Shown: positions 34,456 through 48,750, counted from the whole stretch's first letter. The stretch is DNA of 62,977 nt, filler included, from Choristocarpus tenellus KU-1152 (GCA_964200185.2; 11 parts of 11 records of this genome joined end to end with filler, not necessarily neighbours in it); one strand, 5' to 3'. Notes: generated by a model from the sequence alone, not told the origin. Program-made: numbers and translations.

Positions 34456-37047
34456 CTTCAGGCCAGCCTCAACATCCATACAAGCATCCCTAAAGCGTTG
34501 CCTCTCCTGCAGCATGGTGTTCATTGCCGCCTGCAGCCTCCCTATTAAGCCCTCCTGACTGCGAGCCTTCACCTTGAAGTCCCACTTCAGGGGTTTGAAG
34601 AGAGGTTAACCGTCAAAGTAAGAACGAGGAGAAGGTAAGAGGAGAAGGTAAGAGGAGAAGGTCAAGGAAAACAAAAAGCTAGCATTGCAGTTGTGAGAAG
34701 GAAGGGCAGGTGCAGAGACACCACAACATGCGCATCCATGTCCTCAAAGTCAGAACAAACATCTACCTCCCAAGGGTTAGGGTTAGGGTTAGGGTCAAGG
34801 TGTGACCACCATGGCAGGGGATATTACACAAGAACACATTGAATTGCACGCCTCTACCTCACACTGAACACCTCCTGCAGAACGACTCTTGAAAAACGTT
34901 TCTTCAATTCCCCAAAATACAACCGAAAAAATTGTATGCAAATATCGTCACAACCCTAACCTCAAGAAAAAGAACTCTAGCCACGCAGCAGAATCCTCAA
35001 CATTTCTCATTCCATATCTGAACCGTCTGCCCACCAAGGATACTCACCTTGGCACTCTTGCACTTCTCCCTTACAAGCAGCTCCACTTCCTCATCAGTGA
35101 CTGTAAAAATGCGTTGTGCTTGGAGACGCACTCCTCCTCTGCCCGACGATGCCTGTGTCTGAGAACTGCTTGGTGTATATATCGCAGGGGTATAGTCCCC
35201 TAGTGGACATATCACAACAAGGATAAACTACATCAGAAACCAGTGGAATTGAGGTACAATTTTTGTGGGGGAAGAGGTATTGCTCGATTGGTGTGAAGAT
35301 CATTCCTGCACTCAAGTGATTACGCCTTGGATATTGAAAGCACTTCCCTATCCCTTACATCACTGTGTATACAGCATGTCAACATTCAAATGTATGACAA
35401 GGACATCATTGTCGGCATCTAAATTGGATACAATCTTATGAAAACTCAACCAATACATATGTGTTTATGGGCCACTACAGGTTGAGATCTGTCGGCATGG
35501 GTCTGCATTTAGCCACCACTTAAAAACATGTGTGAAAGAGACGATCATCACCACTATTGCCAAGAGAATGAATTTGTTGGGATGAGGGGGAGCAAGGGAA
35601 GATCAAGCTGAGCAACAGACAGGAGTCAAAGTATCTTAGAGGGTAGAGCCGCGTCCATTTGGGGGCNNNNNNNNNGCCAAAATCCAATGTTGCGATTTTG
35701 GTGTAATTTTGGCTATCGTGTTTATTAGGAAGTGTCAGAGTCCTTGTTCTGGACACACCGTTTCATAACGTATACATTTTACCTACTCAAAAATATTTTG
35801 GAGTAGATAAAATGTCATTAAAAACCCGTGGGAAGCCAAGCCCCAAATGGACAAACCGGGAAAAACTCGTCCCCTCTACGATACTTTCATTCACAGGGCA
35901 TAACTGAACTTAGGGTTAGAGGGACTTGGCAAAATGGAGAACAGTAGAGAGCAGATCCCGAGGTGCAGTCACCCAACAACTTGACCAACAAGAGTTGAGA
36001 CATCGACAACTCTGCAGAGCGCAATATACACCTAGAAATAGAAGGAGATCACCCTCTCCTACCCCTGTATTCCGTAACCTCATTTCTAACCTTTAGCCCT
36101 GTCAAGTGAGGTCCTAGGACTTTTAGACACCCTTCGGGATGAGGAATCTCGTGGCAGAGTACGCTTCCCTCCTCGGGACGGAGAAGTCGATCTTCTCTTC
36201 GATCCTTTCATGGTAACTCCAGTGCTCAACCTTCGTACTGTCGAGTTTGAGTTCCGGCCAGACTTCGCATTTTTGCGGCGAGCTTGCTGAGAACAAGTAA
36301 AGTTCCGAGTGTGAGAGAAGGTTAACAGGGATGACGTCGCTGAGAAAGACTACCACAAATACTGAAATCTAGGCTTACCGCGGCAGCTGCAGCAACTCGT
36401 TTTGCGTTCGCAGCTGCTTCAATGCGTGCTGTCCTCTTCACTGTAGCATTCGTTGTGGTGACTGTGAACGACGAGCCGGAAATTCCTTGACGTTCTCTAC
36501 TTGAGATCCCCCTTGTGGGGGGAGACTTCTTCCCCGCACCCTCTGCAGCAGCCGTTCGAGACCTGGTAGACATAGCCCGTACAACTTTACGATGCGGGTC
36601 AGGACTAGGGGAAAATGGCTGTCCTCTCGCGGGGCTGGGCATCCTCACAGATTGCGAAGATGATTGGGTCGCGACTGGGGATGGCGCTGACGCTGAAGTA
36701 GTGCTTGATGTCGGCCGTGGAGATACGGATACAGCATCATTAAGGTCTCGGCTTGATCCTTTAACCACAGTGGGTCTTCGAGGCGACAGTAACCCGAGGT
36801 TGGCCTTGAAACCAAACCGGCTTCGAACAGCTGGAGAAGGTTGTGACTGCTGTTGTCCAACAGCCTTTTCATTGTTTGAAGTAGTTAATGGAATCCGTCG
36901 ATCACAGTCAATAGACTTTCCAGTATATTCTGCTGAGCGCACCACTACCCCATCGTAATCGTTCTCACTATCCACGGAACGAGAGGAGTGCCGCCCAGAG
37001 GTCGTGGCGTCAACACGCTCTGTACCCCCAGAGTCTGTCCCTGGCAT
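34456..37047 (-). CDS. Kinesin-14 (C-terminal motor; ATK1/KIFC1/Ncd-type) N-terminal tail and start of coiled coil, partial
   Basis: Exons 37047-36379, 36286-~36091, ~35158-35048, 34584-34456: basic S/P/R-rich tail, then FTVTDEEVELLVREKCKSAK|WDFKVKARSQEGLIGRLQAAM, resembling the plant ATK1/ATK5 motif FTxEDVEALLNE...KFxYK; exon 2/3 junction phase unresolved; motor domain not in this contig. Confidence 0.65.
35623..35892 (+). mobile_element. MITE A copy (intronic)
   Basis: TIRs, 4-bp TSD ACAG; short N run inside. Confidence 0.9.
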
Positions 37048-38376
37048 GGAGCAGGACTAGGAAAGCAAATACAACCCCTCCACTTTGAGCTCTTGTAGGT
37101 AATATAAAGCAACTATCATCGATCGATACACCTTCTGATGTTTCCCCCCGACTGGCTCGTTCCAGCCTTCTAAGGGGTGAAGTTGAGGGATTCGTCCGTG
37201 TTGTTAGTAGGTCGAAATGTTGAATTTGATAAATAGACCTCAACGGCAAAATCTATGCGTGTAATCGCGCGATAATTGTCAAACAGTTTCCTGTAAAAGA
37301 GATTAAATATTTCGATTTTCGATCTTAAATGTAGTAGGTAGGAAAGAGATGTTCTATGAAAGAGATTCGCGGGTTCAATCCCGAACCCATCGATACAACA
37401 CTTCTCTTTGCGTAATCCTGCTTTTGGTGATCTATCGACGATTCAATTTCACTATTCAAATATCACAGCCAATATGTAGTATCTGCTGGTCTGCTACTAT
37501 GCTACAAATTATGCGCCAAAAAGACGTTACTAAACCCACTACGTAACTGTGCACAACAGTCCTCCAACAAACTCAGGTAGGTACCCTTCCCACAATACAG
37601 GTACTACTGTCCCCTTGGTCCCTACACTACAACTAACCCACCATCTTCCACCTTGTAATCTGAAGTATGGTCTTGTTCGTTGCTTCCAAAGACTGAAAGG
37701 CTCTGTTCAGCTCTTCTCTGCCTCCAATTACTATATTGTCTTCATTATGTATGACGTAGTAGTACACTTTTGAGCTCAAATTTGATCGGTTTTCCTATTC
37801 TCTCATGTTTCGAAGATGTTTGAACACAATATTTTATTATTTCAAGAGGTTGACTAATGAGTACTTCGAAGTATATCTTACAATACATTTCATCATGTTG
37901 AAGTTGCAAGATAGTAAACTCAGTGCAATATTTTGAGAGTGTTGTGTCATTGACCGAAAGTAGTATACTATAGGACAATTTTATCTTTACTGTAACCATA
38001 ACTTCAAACAAATAATACTAAATCGACATTGTCACCCACCTACCCCAAGTATAGTTGTTTTGGTAATACAAATTACTGGATTTCAGGCGTAATGTACAAT
38101 ACTTCTGTGTAAAGATTCACACACTATTGAGTAGGATTAGCAGTATGGCTGTCAGTGCTTGAAACATATCCTTTGGCTATTACCGCTATTAGAACTGAAC
38201 GTACCGTGTTGATTTAATAAAGCCAAATCAGCAAGATAGATAAGATAATCTTTAACTCTATCAACAATTACAGAGATTTTTGTTGAGTAGAAGAAAAACA
38301 CACTCTCGTTTGCCCTACCTCCTCGACCATACAAAAAAGTCATGTTCTAATTTCGGCTGATGGAATTTAGGTAAAT

Positions 38377-38515
38377 TTCTAGAAGATAGTGTGCAACCTC
38401 TACTCTTTTCCTTGACTCAATGGAAAATGGTAATATTCTAGAAAATAGTTACAACCTCTACTCTTTTCCTTGACTCAATGGAAAATGGTAATATTCTAGA
38501 AAATAGTTTGCAATT
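38377..38515. repeat. 58-bp tandem duplication
   Basis: CAACCTCTACTCTTTTCCTTGACTCAATGGAAAATGGTAATATTCTAGAAAATAGTT starts at 38394 and again at 38452. Confidence 0.9.
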
Positions 38516-40840
38516 CCTCAGTGTCCTGGTGTACTTTCTTGAGCATCATAATAAAGACAGAAGGAAGGTCCAGAGACTGTTTTCTATAACCCAAGCAGAT
38601 ATTTGTTACCTATTGCTGACTCTTGACCTAATTCTTCCAGATCCATCTTCCAATACCTCTCAGCTTATAGCATCCAACCTGTGCACTTCCTGTGTTCTTG
38701 CACACCTATGTCTCCTTCTGCATCTCCTTCTCGACCCTCATCTTTCTTTCCTTAGCACTCTGTTGGTGAAGGTTCCAAAGATATCCTTCCACAACCTGTT
38801 AGGTTTCAGGGTGATGAAAGGGACAGTAATGCAAGAAGCAAAGGGCTCGTGTAGTATGTTGTAACTAGTGACAACAACCAAGTAGCTTTGGTTGTGTACT
38901 ATAGTATCATACTATTTAATCCCATGCGGTATCATTAAGGGTGGTCAAGATCTGTCCATGAGTAATCGAGGTGTTATTACCCATTTCGAACACCATTGGT
39001 ACACAAGGTTAAAAATTATATGATATTATCTTCATTGTATCACTCACTCCCCCTGTAACTAACCACCATCCACGACTCACCTTTAATAAAACGAGTCTGT
39101 CTTGTAACATGTAACGCCGTAAATGGAAAGTACAACTTTACGACATTCGTTGGTAAGTATTATGATGTTACAAGAAAACTATATAGATCAGAAAGAGCTT
39201 GCCTTGGGAGCACGGTTAAGACAATACTATAAGTATAGGACACATTAGTACGCAGAACGGAAAGTATGACCTCAATATTTTAAGCACTGGGTTCACGCAC
39301 CTAGCCGAGATGTTGCAGTGGTCATAATCCTCGATAGGACAAGCTGAATGTAAGGCATGAAGAGCAGTTGTGGTAATATTCCTCGCTTTGATGATCGCAT
39401 TTAGAACAATATCATAATGAGAAGGGGCTTGTTTTGGTCTTAGAATGATCTACAGTTCTTCACGACAAAACATTGTCTGGATAATGGATGAAATAGATAA
39501 TTGCTTGACAACAGATGTTAAAAGTCAATAGAACTTAATTCGAATTCTGAGCAATTAATGTTATTCATCAAATGATGCCAGAACTTTGTCCTGGACTACT
39601 AACGTTACAGAGCGAATTGCATTGAACGTTTTCTGGACGGTAGACATTGCAGACCAATGGCGACAACTACTGAACTGACAATAGACGTTAGGCACAAGCC
39701 TAGAGCTGCGCAATGGAAGCTGAAGAGCAAATGTGCTCAACCGTTATATGGATAATGGATGTTATAGGTCAGCTGGACTCAGAACGTTGTCCTGAAAAGA
39801 GACTTTCTCCAGCAAAAAAGTCTAACGTTGTCTTGGACAACGGACATTATAGGCCAAAATAGGCCAAGAATCCTAGTTCTAGTTTACGCTAGTAGCTTTG
39901 AGGGTTCTGTGGTTCTGCTTGCCCCGTATTCTTTTTGAATTGTATTTTCTTTCTTGGGCTGAATCCTCGGTTTTGCAACCTTTGTTGTGAAAAACGTCTG
40001 ACCTCAGACTTCAGAATATCAAACTGAATGAGTGAAAAAGGTCCTATCAGTGCTCCTCCAGTAGTGCTCTTGATATCAATACGTCAGACACACAACCATG
40101 TTATCTATTACACAATGTCTACATGTATGTAGATACTTGATGGGTACTCTATATTATTATTAAAATATTTCGTTTTATACACAATGTTTTCAAGAGATGC
40201 TCAGATGACAATATTGTTCCTGTAGTAGCAGCATTTTTTCTAGCGATATATAATGGCGATGTAGTACTAGTAGCGTTATATATTGCTACATAGCACAACA
40301 CAGCTCTACGTAGCTCAACATGGAGGTATGACTGCCATAGAAATACAGTCGACCTTGACATATTTATAAGTCAACTTAGGCATTAAGAATATTGTGATTC
40401 TTGTGTGGTACATGCGTGCCAAAAGCACTATCCATAAAATCGTCGGTAACATTGCTAGCACTCTAAGGTGCGAGTGATCCTATATTATCAACTAGAACGG
40501 AATCAAGTTAGCATCTATGTAATATCTAGAGCTTCTACCTTACAAACTGTTCCCATACCTGAACTGTAGCTAACCCCACTTGAGAGCCTGTGATAACAGA
40601 AGAGAAGACGGCCGTTCATTCACGAAACTAAAAAATGGACATCCCGAGCACCAGAAGGACAAACACAAGAGAGCAGTTACTGTGGTCCCAAATATTCGAC
40701 TACATCCCCTTTAATATAGTATTACTCTGGTGCAATTTTTGAAAGTGACAAAATCTATACTGAAGAGATGAGTGTTGTGATAGCACAAAAAAGTTACTGG
40801 AATACTGTATACTGTGGAAGAAATACATAATTCGAAGTAG

Positions 40841-41099
40841 GAGTAAAAGTATCTTAGAGGGTAGAGCCGCGTCCATTTGGGGGCCAAAACCCGATGTTGC
40901 AATTTGGATGTAATTTTGGCTATCGTATTCTTTAGGAAGTGTCAATATTCTTGTTCTAGACACTCATTTTCATACCGTATACATTTTACCTACTCCGAAA
41001 CATTTTGGAGTAGTTAAAATGTCATTTAAAACCCGTGGGAAGCCAAGCCCCAAATGGACAAACAGGGCAAAAGTCGTACCCTCTAAGATACTTTCTCTC
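40841..41099 (+). mobile_element. MITE A copy
   Basis: Both TIRs and central hairpin. Confidence 0.9.
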
Positions 41100-41897
41100 A
41101 GAAGTCATGCATTTTCGTTTGTGTGTGGTTTGCATACATTTATAGTTCTGGTTTACATTATTGTTTGTGTTGTGGTTCATGTATTGAAATACCATTTAAA
41201 CAATTATTGTGCCGATACAGTCACCGTGATCATATGATGACATGTTTTCCACAAGGCATTTCTTCACTCCATAGTACATATATTATTACTATTCGGACTT
41301 CTGACCAACACCTTCCACCACCGAATGCCACCCACCTTGGGTGCTTTTTCAGAGAAGAATAGTCGAATCTTTGTCTGAAATGGAATGGCACCTCCCTTTA
41401 TGTGCCCCCTCTCTGATTCTCATTTTTGCTCTTGATTATTTATCTGTGCTAGGTATGTTTGCTGGATGTGCAACGCTTGTTGTTTGTTTTCACCCAGTCT
41501 CAGTTGTGTTGTTGAATAGGTAGCACATGCGAGTTTGAACGGTAATGAGCCCTTGCATAGTGCGCTAGAGAGGTAATCCCAGTCCATTGCTACAGCAAGG
41601 GAAGAAGATGTATTGTTGCGATAGTAGGAATATTAGTACTCTATCGAGACCAAGTAACCAGTAGCGTAAAGAGGACTTGATGCAAAGTAGTTCATGTGGG
41701 CAGATGGACAGAGTTATTCGAGTAAGTAATGTGTGCAGAGCTGAACAGAAGCAAAACCATGGTCATATACACACTACCACTATTGGTTGCATGGTTAATT
41801 TTGTGCCGCTGCTTTGCTGATGGAGCCTGCATTACTACTATGGAAGAGATTATTTGATGAAGTTACTCTTCTCGATNNNNNNNNNNCTAGTGGTAAC

Positions 41898-42153
41898 GAG
41901 TGAAAGTATCTTAGAGGGTACGAGTTTTGCCAGGTTTGTCCGTTTGGGGCTTGGCTTCCCACGGTTTTTTATGACATTTTCCTACTCCAAAATGGTTCGG
42001 AGTAGGTAGATGTATACGTTATCAAAATGTGTGTCCGAAACAAGAATATTGACACTTTCCAACAAACACGAAAGCCAAAATTACATCAAAATCACAATAT
42101 TGGATTCTGGTCCCCAAATGGACACGACTCTACCCTCCAAGATACTTTGACTC
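41898..42153 (-). mobile_element. MITE A copy
   Basis: TIRs, 3-bp TSD AAC. Confidence 0.9.
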
Positions 42154-42282
42154 AACACGTTTCACTAATACCAAAGGCTTTGTCTCACTGCTAGTGAGTA
42201 TTATGTAGTAGCACCACTACTACATTTTTATACTATTACTACTACTACAACTACAACTATGACTACGACTACTACTACTTCT

Positions 42283-42540
42283 AAGCCAAACCAAATGAGA
42301 GGTAGGCAGGGTTAGGCCTTAAGGACCCCTAGAAAGGGCAAAAATATGCCATCTTATACAACTGTAGAAATTACCTTTGCTTAATTGTGGCGTCACGTTG
42401 TGTGCGGAGAGGGGGAATATCGATTTGTCTGCACTATTCTACACATAAAACAGTGAGAAAGAGTCTATTCCACAGGTTAAGAAAGGTGGTTGAGAATGAA
42501 AAATACTCCAAACCTGCCTACCTCTCAGTTGGTTTGCCCC
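42283..42540 (+). mobile_element. MITE family B copy inserted in an (ACT)n microsatellite
   Basis: TIRs AAGCCAAACCAAATGAGAGGTAGGCAGG / CCTGCCTACCTCTCAGTTGGTTTGCCCC; 3-bp TSD TCT. Confidence 0.85.
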
Positions 42541-44439
42541 TCTACTAACTACTACTACTACTGCTACTGCTACTGCTACTACAACTACCACTACTACCAC
42601 TACTACCACTACCACCGCTACGACGATGACTACAACTACTACTACTTTTACTACTACTAATATGTGCATAGTAGGGAAGAGTTGTCTGAAACGCAGTGTA
42701 CAGATGATAGGTATCCAACCCCTCTTGTCCGCTAATGTCACCACTGAAGATCTACCAACCCAATTTTGCATCTTCTTTTTAAAATTCCTTTGCATGCATT
42801 GTTTGGTCAATAAATCGCCGAAGATATCCTCACTCCACAGGTATCATAATTGAACATTGTTGTACTAGTGACAGAAGTCTACCATAATGTTTGTATCAAT
42901 AATAAAATATACTCCAAGACAATTTCGTCGTAATATGCCACATAACAGTGGTGGTGGTGGTGTCTCAGTCCCGAGTTAACTCACGTTCATGGGATAATAT
43001 AATAGCCTCAGTGCTCAAGAATGCAGGCAGATTATGATTCCCTGATCAATAGTCCAGTCTACTTTAATGGATTACTTGACTTGTATCAGCATTATCATCT
43101 ATCGCTCACAGAGTTATAAGAAAGACTGACCATCACTCATTTTGAGGGGCCTCGTTGTTTTATGTAATATCCTTTCGTAACAGCAAATAATAGATGATAA
43201 TAATAGCTATCTATACTTCTGGACTAAGCACTAATAATGGTGGTGAGAGGAGTGTGGTATAAAATGAAGATGAAATCTCTGGGGCCCCACCAGACTCAGT
43301 GGTGATGCAATACTGACCCAGTCCGGTCGAAGCCAGTTTCCAGGTTCAAGCGCGACCTTGCCACAACATGCGCCATCCGGTACTCCTATTAAATAGCACA
43401 CACAGGCAGCCAAATCATTACACTTCATGCTATCTATGAAACGTAAGTGGTTATTCCGTTCCATACAACACTGAACGTAGGTACACTTTTGTACAACGAA
43501 GTATTGAAGCGTATAATATACCACATCACTCTAACCAACTGTACTATATTGTTGTACACGAGGTTCGAATGGAAGAAATAGAATAGAGAACAAAGCAGGA
43601 AGGCTTGTTTTTACTCTTAACACTTCCTTTTTGCCCGTTGACCTTTTTCACCAAAACGGTTTTACATTTCGATATCATATTGACTCCCCCACCCCCTCCA
43701 CAGTTCTACCACTCACTCTCTCCCGACATACCACAGCACAAGAGCTCCACCTCCAGTCTTCGTGAGATCTATAGATACGAGAAAAGAATTCGACGTCATC
43801 TCCAATATAACCGAGAACAGAAGATCTCGACATCTGTCTCGCTGCATCCCTCATTCTATCAATCATCATCTCGACGCCATAGCAACTTCTTCATCCCACG
43901 ATACGATGGCCTGTACACCTTTAAAGTCAACTCCGGAGTCCGTGCGCCAAACGATGAAGGATCTCTGGGGTGAAGAATCGTCAATAAACGATCATGTGAG
44001 AACTGCGTATCCAGAGGTATCTTCACTCACCTTTCCCGATCACACAGATTCGTTGCCACCATTTCACTCAACCCCTCCCGAGGCGAACTTCCCCATTTAT
44101 TCCTCCTCTCTTCTGTGGGCAATATCGCTCTGCTTCTCTTGTATCGCTCTCATAGGAAGGTGATGCAAACTGTGAGCACATCAGCGTGTTGTAGCTTCCA
44201 TGTCGAGCTTTGTCACCTCTCCGTTCTCGACATCTACCTCCACCTTAAAAAAACAATAACCGCGATACAATTTCTTGAAGTACAGTAGTACTATATAAAA
44301 CAATTTACTGTAATATATATATATATATATACTCAAAACAATGAAACGAGTTGATATAGGGACACCAAGGCAGATTCAGGAATAGGGTCTCTTCCCTGCT
44401 GGGTAAAGAGAGGATGGGGGGGAGAAATCCTATGGTCCC

Positions 44440-45350
44440 TCTATTTGTCCACCCTAGACTCCAAACTATTGGAGAACATGGCGAGTTTGCTCCCTCGATT
44501 CTGGTGTGGATGCACTTTCTGAATACAAGTCTTTCAACCTTGTCTGGTCATTCCTGTACATTGTGTTGAAGTTAGAGAATATGTACAGAGCATCTATGTG
44601 TCTGTATGATAGAGCCAAGTCGAAATCGCTACTGGTTAATTTGTGATGATAATGGACCATGGTGTAGATATGTGGGGCTCGGGGATCGTCCATTGTGGTC
44701 GAACGTCACTCCAGATATCTCCAACCTTTCAATCTTTCGCACTGATAAAGATATCGCCCTGTGAGCCCTACGGATCCCTTGGTTCAGATATCAGGGAAGA
44801 GGAGAGATTATCCGTCAAGCCTTGCCCTTACTATTCTTCTCGGCTGTATATTTCATATTTCCTACCCCTGACAACCCTCCCTCCTCACCACCCTCCTCCA
44901 TGTTCTTGGCCACGGCTCAAACGACCACTTTCCCACTCAGCTCATACACAACCTTTTGTGCTGCATAACTCTACACTATTCTACTAATCTCGCTTGTGTT
45001 GTCTACACCACATCTCGCCGCTCTTCATCGCATCGAGTGGGATACACCTTTGTTCGTCCGCTCTCTTCCAATTGTGATCCCAACCTTGCCAGCTGTGACT
45101 CGATGAGAGTTTTGAACATCTATTTTCCATACCCTCCACAGACATTGGCAGGCATCAAGCTGAGTACTGGTGAATGTCTGCCAGATATCATTCTGGAGTC
45201 CCTCAAGATGTCTACCAAGATTGCGTTCTCCAGCCTGACCAATGAGGTGACGCATGCAAAAGGTTGATTGGGTCTGGGAGGGGAAGCTGTCTTGCCTGAC
45301 AGCCACACGACTTCACCTGCTAGTGAGAGGTGAAGTGTCGGTTTGTGGTG
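44440..45350 (-). mobile_element. Penelope-like retroelement relic 3
   Basis: FCMRHLIGQAG...LWRVWKIDVQNS (RFIAGS...WILKNS) and LSYRHIDALYIFSN...KDLYSES (RYIDD...NN...IYP). Confidence 0.55.
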
Positions 45351-45647
45351 CTACTTGCTTGTATGTTACACTTGCTGAACATAGATCTTATTTTCCCCCT
45401 CCCCAAAGGTTCAAGCTTTTCTCAATGCTGTAGAAGTTGAGAGGGAAGAGATGGTAGCAAACAACACGCCGAAGTGGACAGCAAAAAAGCANNNNNNNNN
45501 NNNNNNNNNNNNNNNNNNNNNNNNNNNNNNNNNNNTTAATTAATTAANNNNNNNNNNNNNNNNNNNNNNNNNNNNNNNNNNNNNNNNNNNNTATGTTATA
45601 TTACGTTCATAATGAAATAAAAAAGATTTTTTTTTTGCCCATTCGGG

Positions 45648-45680
<33 letters not shown>

Positions 45681-45844
45681 AATGAATGACATCTGGCAAG
45701 AGCACTTGCAGCCAACATGTGGTATCGAGGGGTGGAAGTTATTGTCGATTCCCCCATGCCACATCAACACCAATTCCAAAATATATAGATGTAGATTTAT
45801 ATGTACATGTATATACACATAAATAAAGTGCAATGCCTTCTCAC

Positions 45845-48750
45845 TGTAGCTTCCCAAACTGGTGTACGTCTTGCATTAAGAAATTGTCAGGCATTCTTGT
45901 GCACATCCCCATGTCCGTGATTATCGCAGAACCGTTTTCCGAGATGAGTACATTCTCGGGACTGAGATCATGATGGCACACCCCCTGTGCATAAGCACAC
46001 ACCGAATGGGGGAAGAAAAAAAAAAGTAAAAAAAAAACTAGCACGCACGTATATAGAGCGAGCAGCTGGAGTGCTTCCAGCAGCGGCACATGCGTTTCAA
46101 ATAATCTGAACAAATGAGAGGAAAGAGAGAGGCTGTCATAATCAGAATAGAAAGATATCCGTTCGTAAGTCGTTCCTGCTCTCTGAACACAAAAAAAACA
46201 AAACATGATATCATGCAAGAGCCAAGGTAAGCAGGTTTTGAAGGAAAACAAATATGTCCTCAACCGGTATGCAGGGTATATATATATAATATAATTCATC
46301 ACCCGGGGTCACACTTTTCAAGGTATTAGACTCCTTTGCGCCTTCAGGGAGGGTCATTTTTTTTGCACTCATGTCGTACACAGCAGCATTTGTTTTTTTG
46401 TTCGAAGTAGTTGATAATAAACATGTTTTTACATCATGTATGTATTTATCTCACCCCAATTGATTCTTTGAAGTCAGAGAGTTCAACACAAACCGCCTCT
46501 TTCCCACTTTGCATTCATATCGAGAACTAGATGTGTAGTATAGGTGGTAGACTGAAGCAAAAATACTAGATGGCATGGTAGCTTGCTCCACTGCAGGTCA
46601 TACACACAACAGATTTGATCAACCCCGTGGAAATTACATGCATACGTGTTTCCTCTCTCAAATGGTTGACATCATTGGAAGTTCAACCTAAAAACACAAA
46701 CATATCCCAAAGAATGACATCTTCCAGCAACAAAGCAGGGTCAGCCTTCACAAATGGATTTTTGTGTTTTCACAAATTGTTCATTGTTATGGGTCAGCAT
46801 GGCAATAAAAGTTTCCCCACCTCACACTGCTTCCTGATCCACTGTAGCAACTCTTCCAACTCTCGATGCTACCAACATTAAAATGGCTTCATGCATCAAC
46901 TATTGTCCCTCCATCCTCACCATACGATGCATATGCTGCAACCCCAACAGGATATCTCTTCCCCATTGTATAGTGTTTCTCTTGCTTGGTATCCCAATTC
47001 CATATTGGACCTGGTTTAGCAGGTCCCCTCTAGGGCAAAACCTGGTGATGGTGAAAACATGTGTTCTACCAAATATATCCGTAATACATAATATATATAT
47101 ATATCGGTGAAATTCATCAAATGGAAGGGTAGAGACCAGAAGTTAGAACTCCTGTAGAGTGTTTTAAAGGGATCGCAATATTTGGACTTGGAAATGGGCA
47201 TGGAAAACTGTAGGAGGTGCACTATTGGATAAAAGAGGGGTAGCCAGGAAACAACAAACATCCAGTTGTGTGTCAAATTGGCACAAGATATTGCGCAGAA
47301 GGGGGGTTGATAGATTTAAACCTGTAGTAGTAGACCCAGCTTTAAGACTCTTATTTGTACCATTCCTATTAATAGGTTTAGGGTTTTCATCGTCTAAATA
47401 ATGCACAGTTCCTTTGCTTTCGACCAAAATGACACACCAGCTGATTAAAAAAACAGCTGTTGTTTGTCACATATTTGTATGTGGAGATAAAATGGGGAGA
47501 ACCACTGTTAACAAAATAAGGATACTATCTTTTCTTCACTCACTGTGACACCTCCATCAACCATACAATTGAATATTTCGTCCCATAGCGTACACTGCAT
47601 CGACAAAGTTCCTCAAACACCCATCTTTGGGGGAATTATTGGTCTGAAATATATCAACAGTTAAACCAAAATTATCCATCGACGTGGACTAAAATTTGAT
47701 TATCCAAGGTTCACCAAAATTCTCATCAGTAGTTTTGATTGCAATTTGTCAGCCCCTGTCCCCCTTTGTACTTGTACCAAAGACAGAAAAATTACATACC
47801 CAACATCCTTCTTTTTCTTCTCCAAACAGCAACAGGTTTTATGCACATGGTCTCACCTTGATCTGAGGCTATCGAACAGTTGCATCACATTGGGGTGTCC
47901 CCCTCCATTGCTCAAGTGTCTCTTCGTGGACCACATTTGGGCATGCGTGAGAAATGTCATTGTCAGATGAGTGTCATAAATTTGAAATATGTTAATCTCT
48001 GTGTGTTCAGCGGCATTTGAATCGTTATTTTTGTATTTTGGGTAGGCCTAAAAAAGACGTTAGGGACAAGTGTGGGTATCCATTTTTGTAGGGTATACTG
48101 AAAACAGCGAAAAAGAGAAGGCACTAGGAGGCAGATTTCCTCACTCCACTCCTGATCTGCAATACAATTGTCTGGTTCACTCTTACCATCACAGATACTT
48201 CCTTGAATACATTCTCGTTCCTCCTTGGTGTTTCACTCATCACCCCCAGGCTGGACATCTTTATTGCCACCACATATTCGCCTGGACTGAAAGGGGGGCG
48301 AGTCGGGATGGAGAGGAACTTGGTAAAAGGTTCCAGCAGTGATTGTCCAATATCGCTCTCATGGAGGGGTTAACGTAACCAAAGGGTTATGCGTGTCAGG
48401 GTTCCGTCAAAAGGTGTGTAAGGGGATGAAAGTTTGCTCTACGCTGATAAGGTATCACCATTATCTCCCTTTGACTCCGTCTCGCTCACATAACCTACAG
48501 TAGCGAGGAGGGAAAGGAGACATAGGTAGGATGCTAGGCATTTGTATTTCAAACCTTGCCAATTCCTTTGCGCTGGTTGTTCTGGCACACCTTGATTCGC
48601 GAGGAAGCGGGTTTTACTCAACTGGTTTGGGCACATCCATCTGCCTTGGAACACGGATCCGTATATGGACCCTGACAACCACCGATTAAGCATGTACCCC
48701 CCGCCAATAGGCAACTCGATGAAGTTGGGTATACATCTCTCTAGCTTCAT
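45845..48750 (-). CDS. Ser/Thr protein kinase (CAMK-like, non-RD), 3' end not found before the gap
   Basis: Exons 48750-48645, 48494-48443, 48286-48187, 47921-47857, 47065-46921, 45984-45845 give SGSIYGSVFQG...VVAIK...FKEVSVM|RHLSNGGGHPNV...FCPRGDLL...LLGLQHMHRM|GVCHHDLSPENVL...TDMGM...FGK; subdomains I-VII in order. Confidence 0.88.

Noticed and set aside
36515-36958. 147-aa plus-strand ORF
   Set aside because: Antisense shadow of the kinesin tail exon.
43605-44260. Several overlapping 60-130 aa ORFs
   Set aside because: No recognisable motif or convincing splice chain; probably decayed transposon sequence.
45990-46302. Upstream part of the 153-aa ORF as kinase coding sequence
   Set aside because: Intronic; the real upstream kinase exon is 47065-46921, which joins in phase 0 to 45984.
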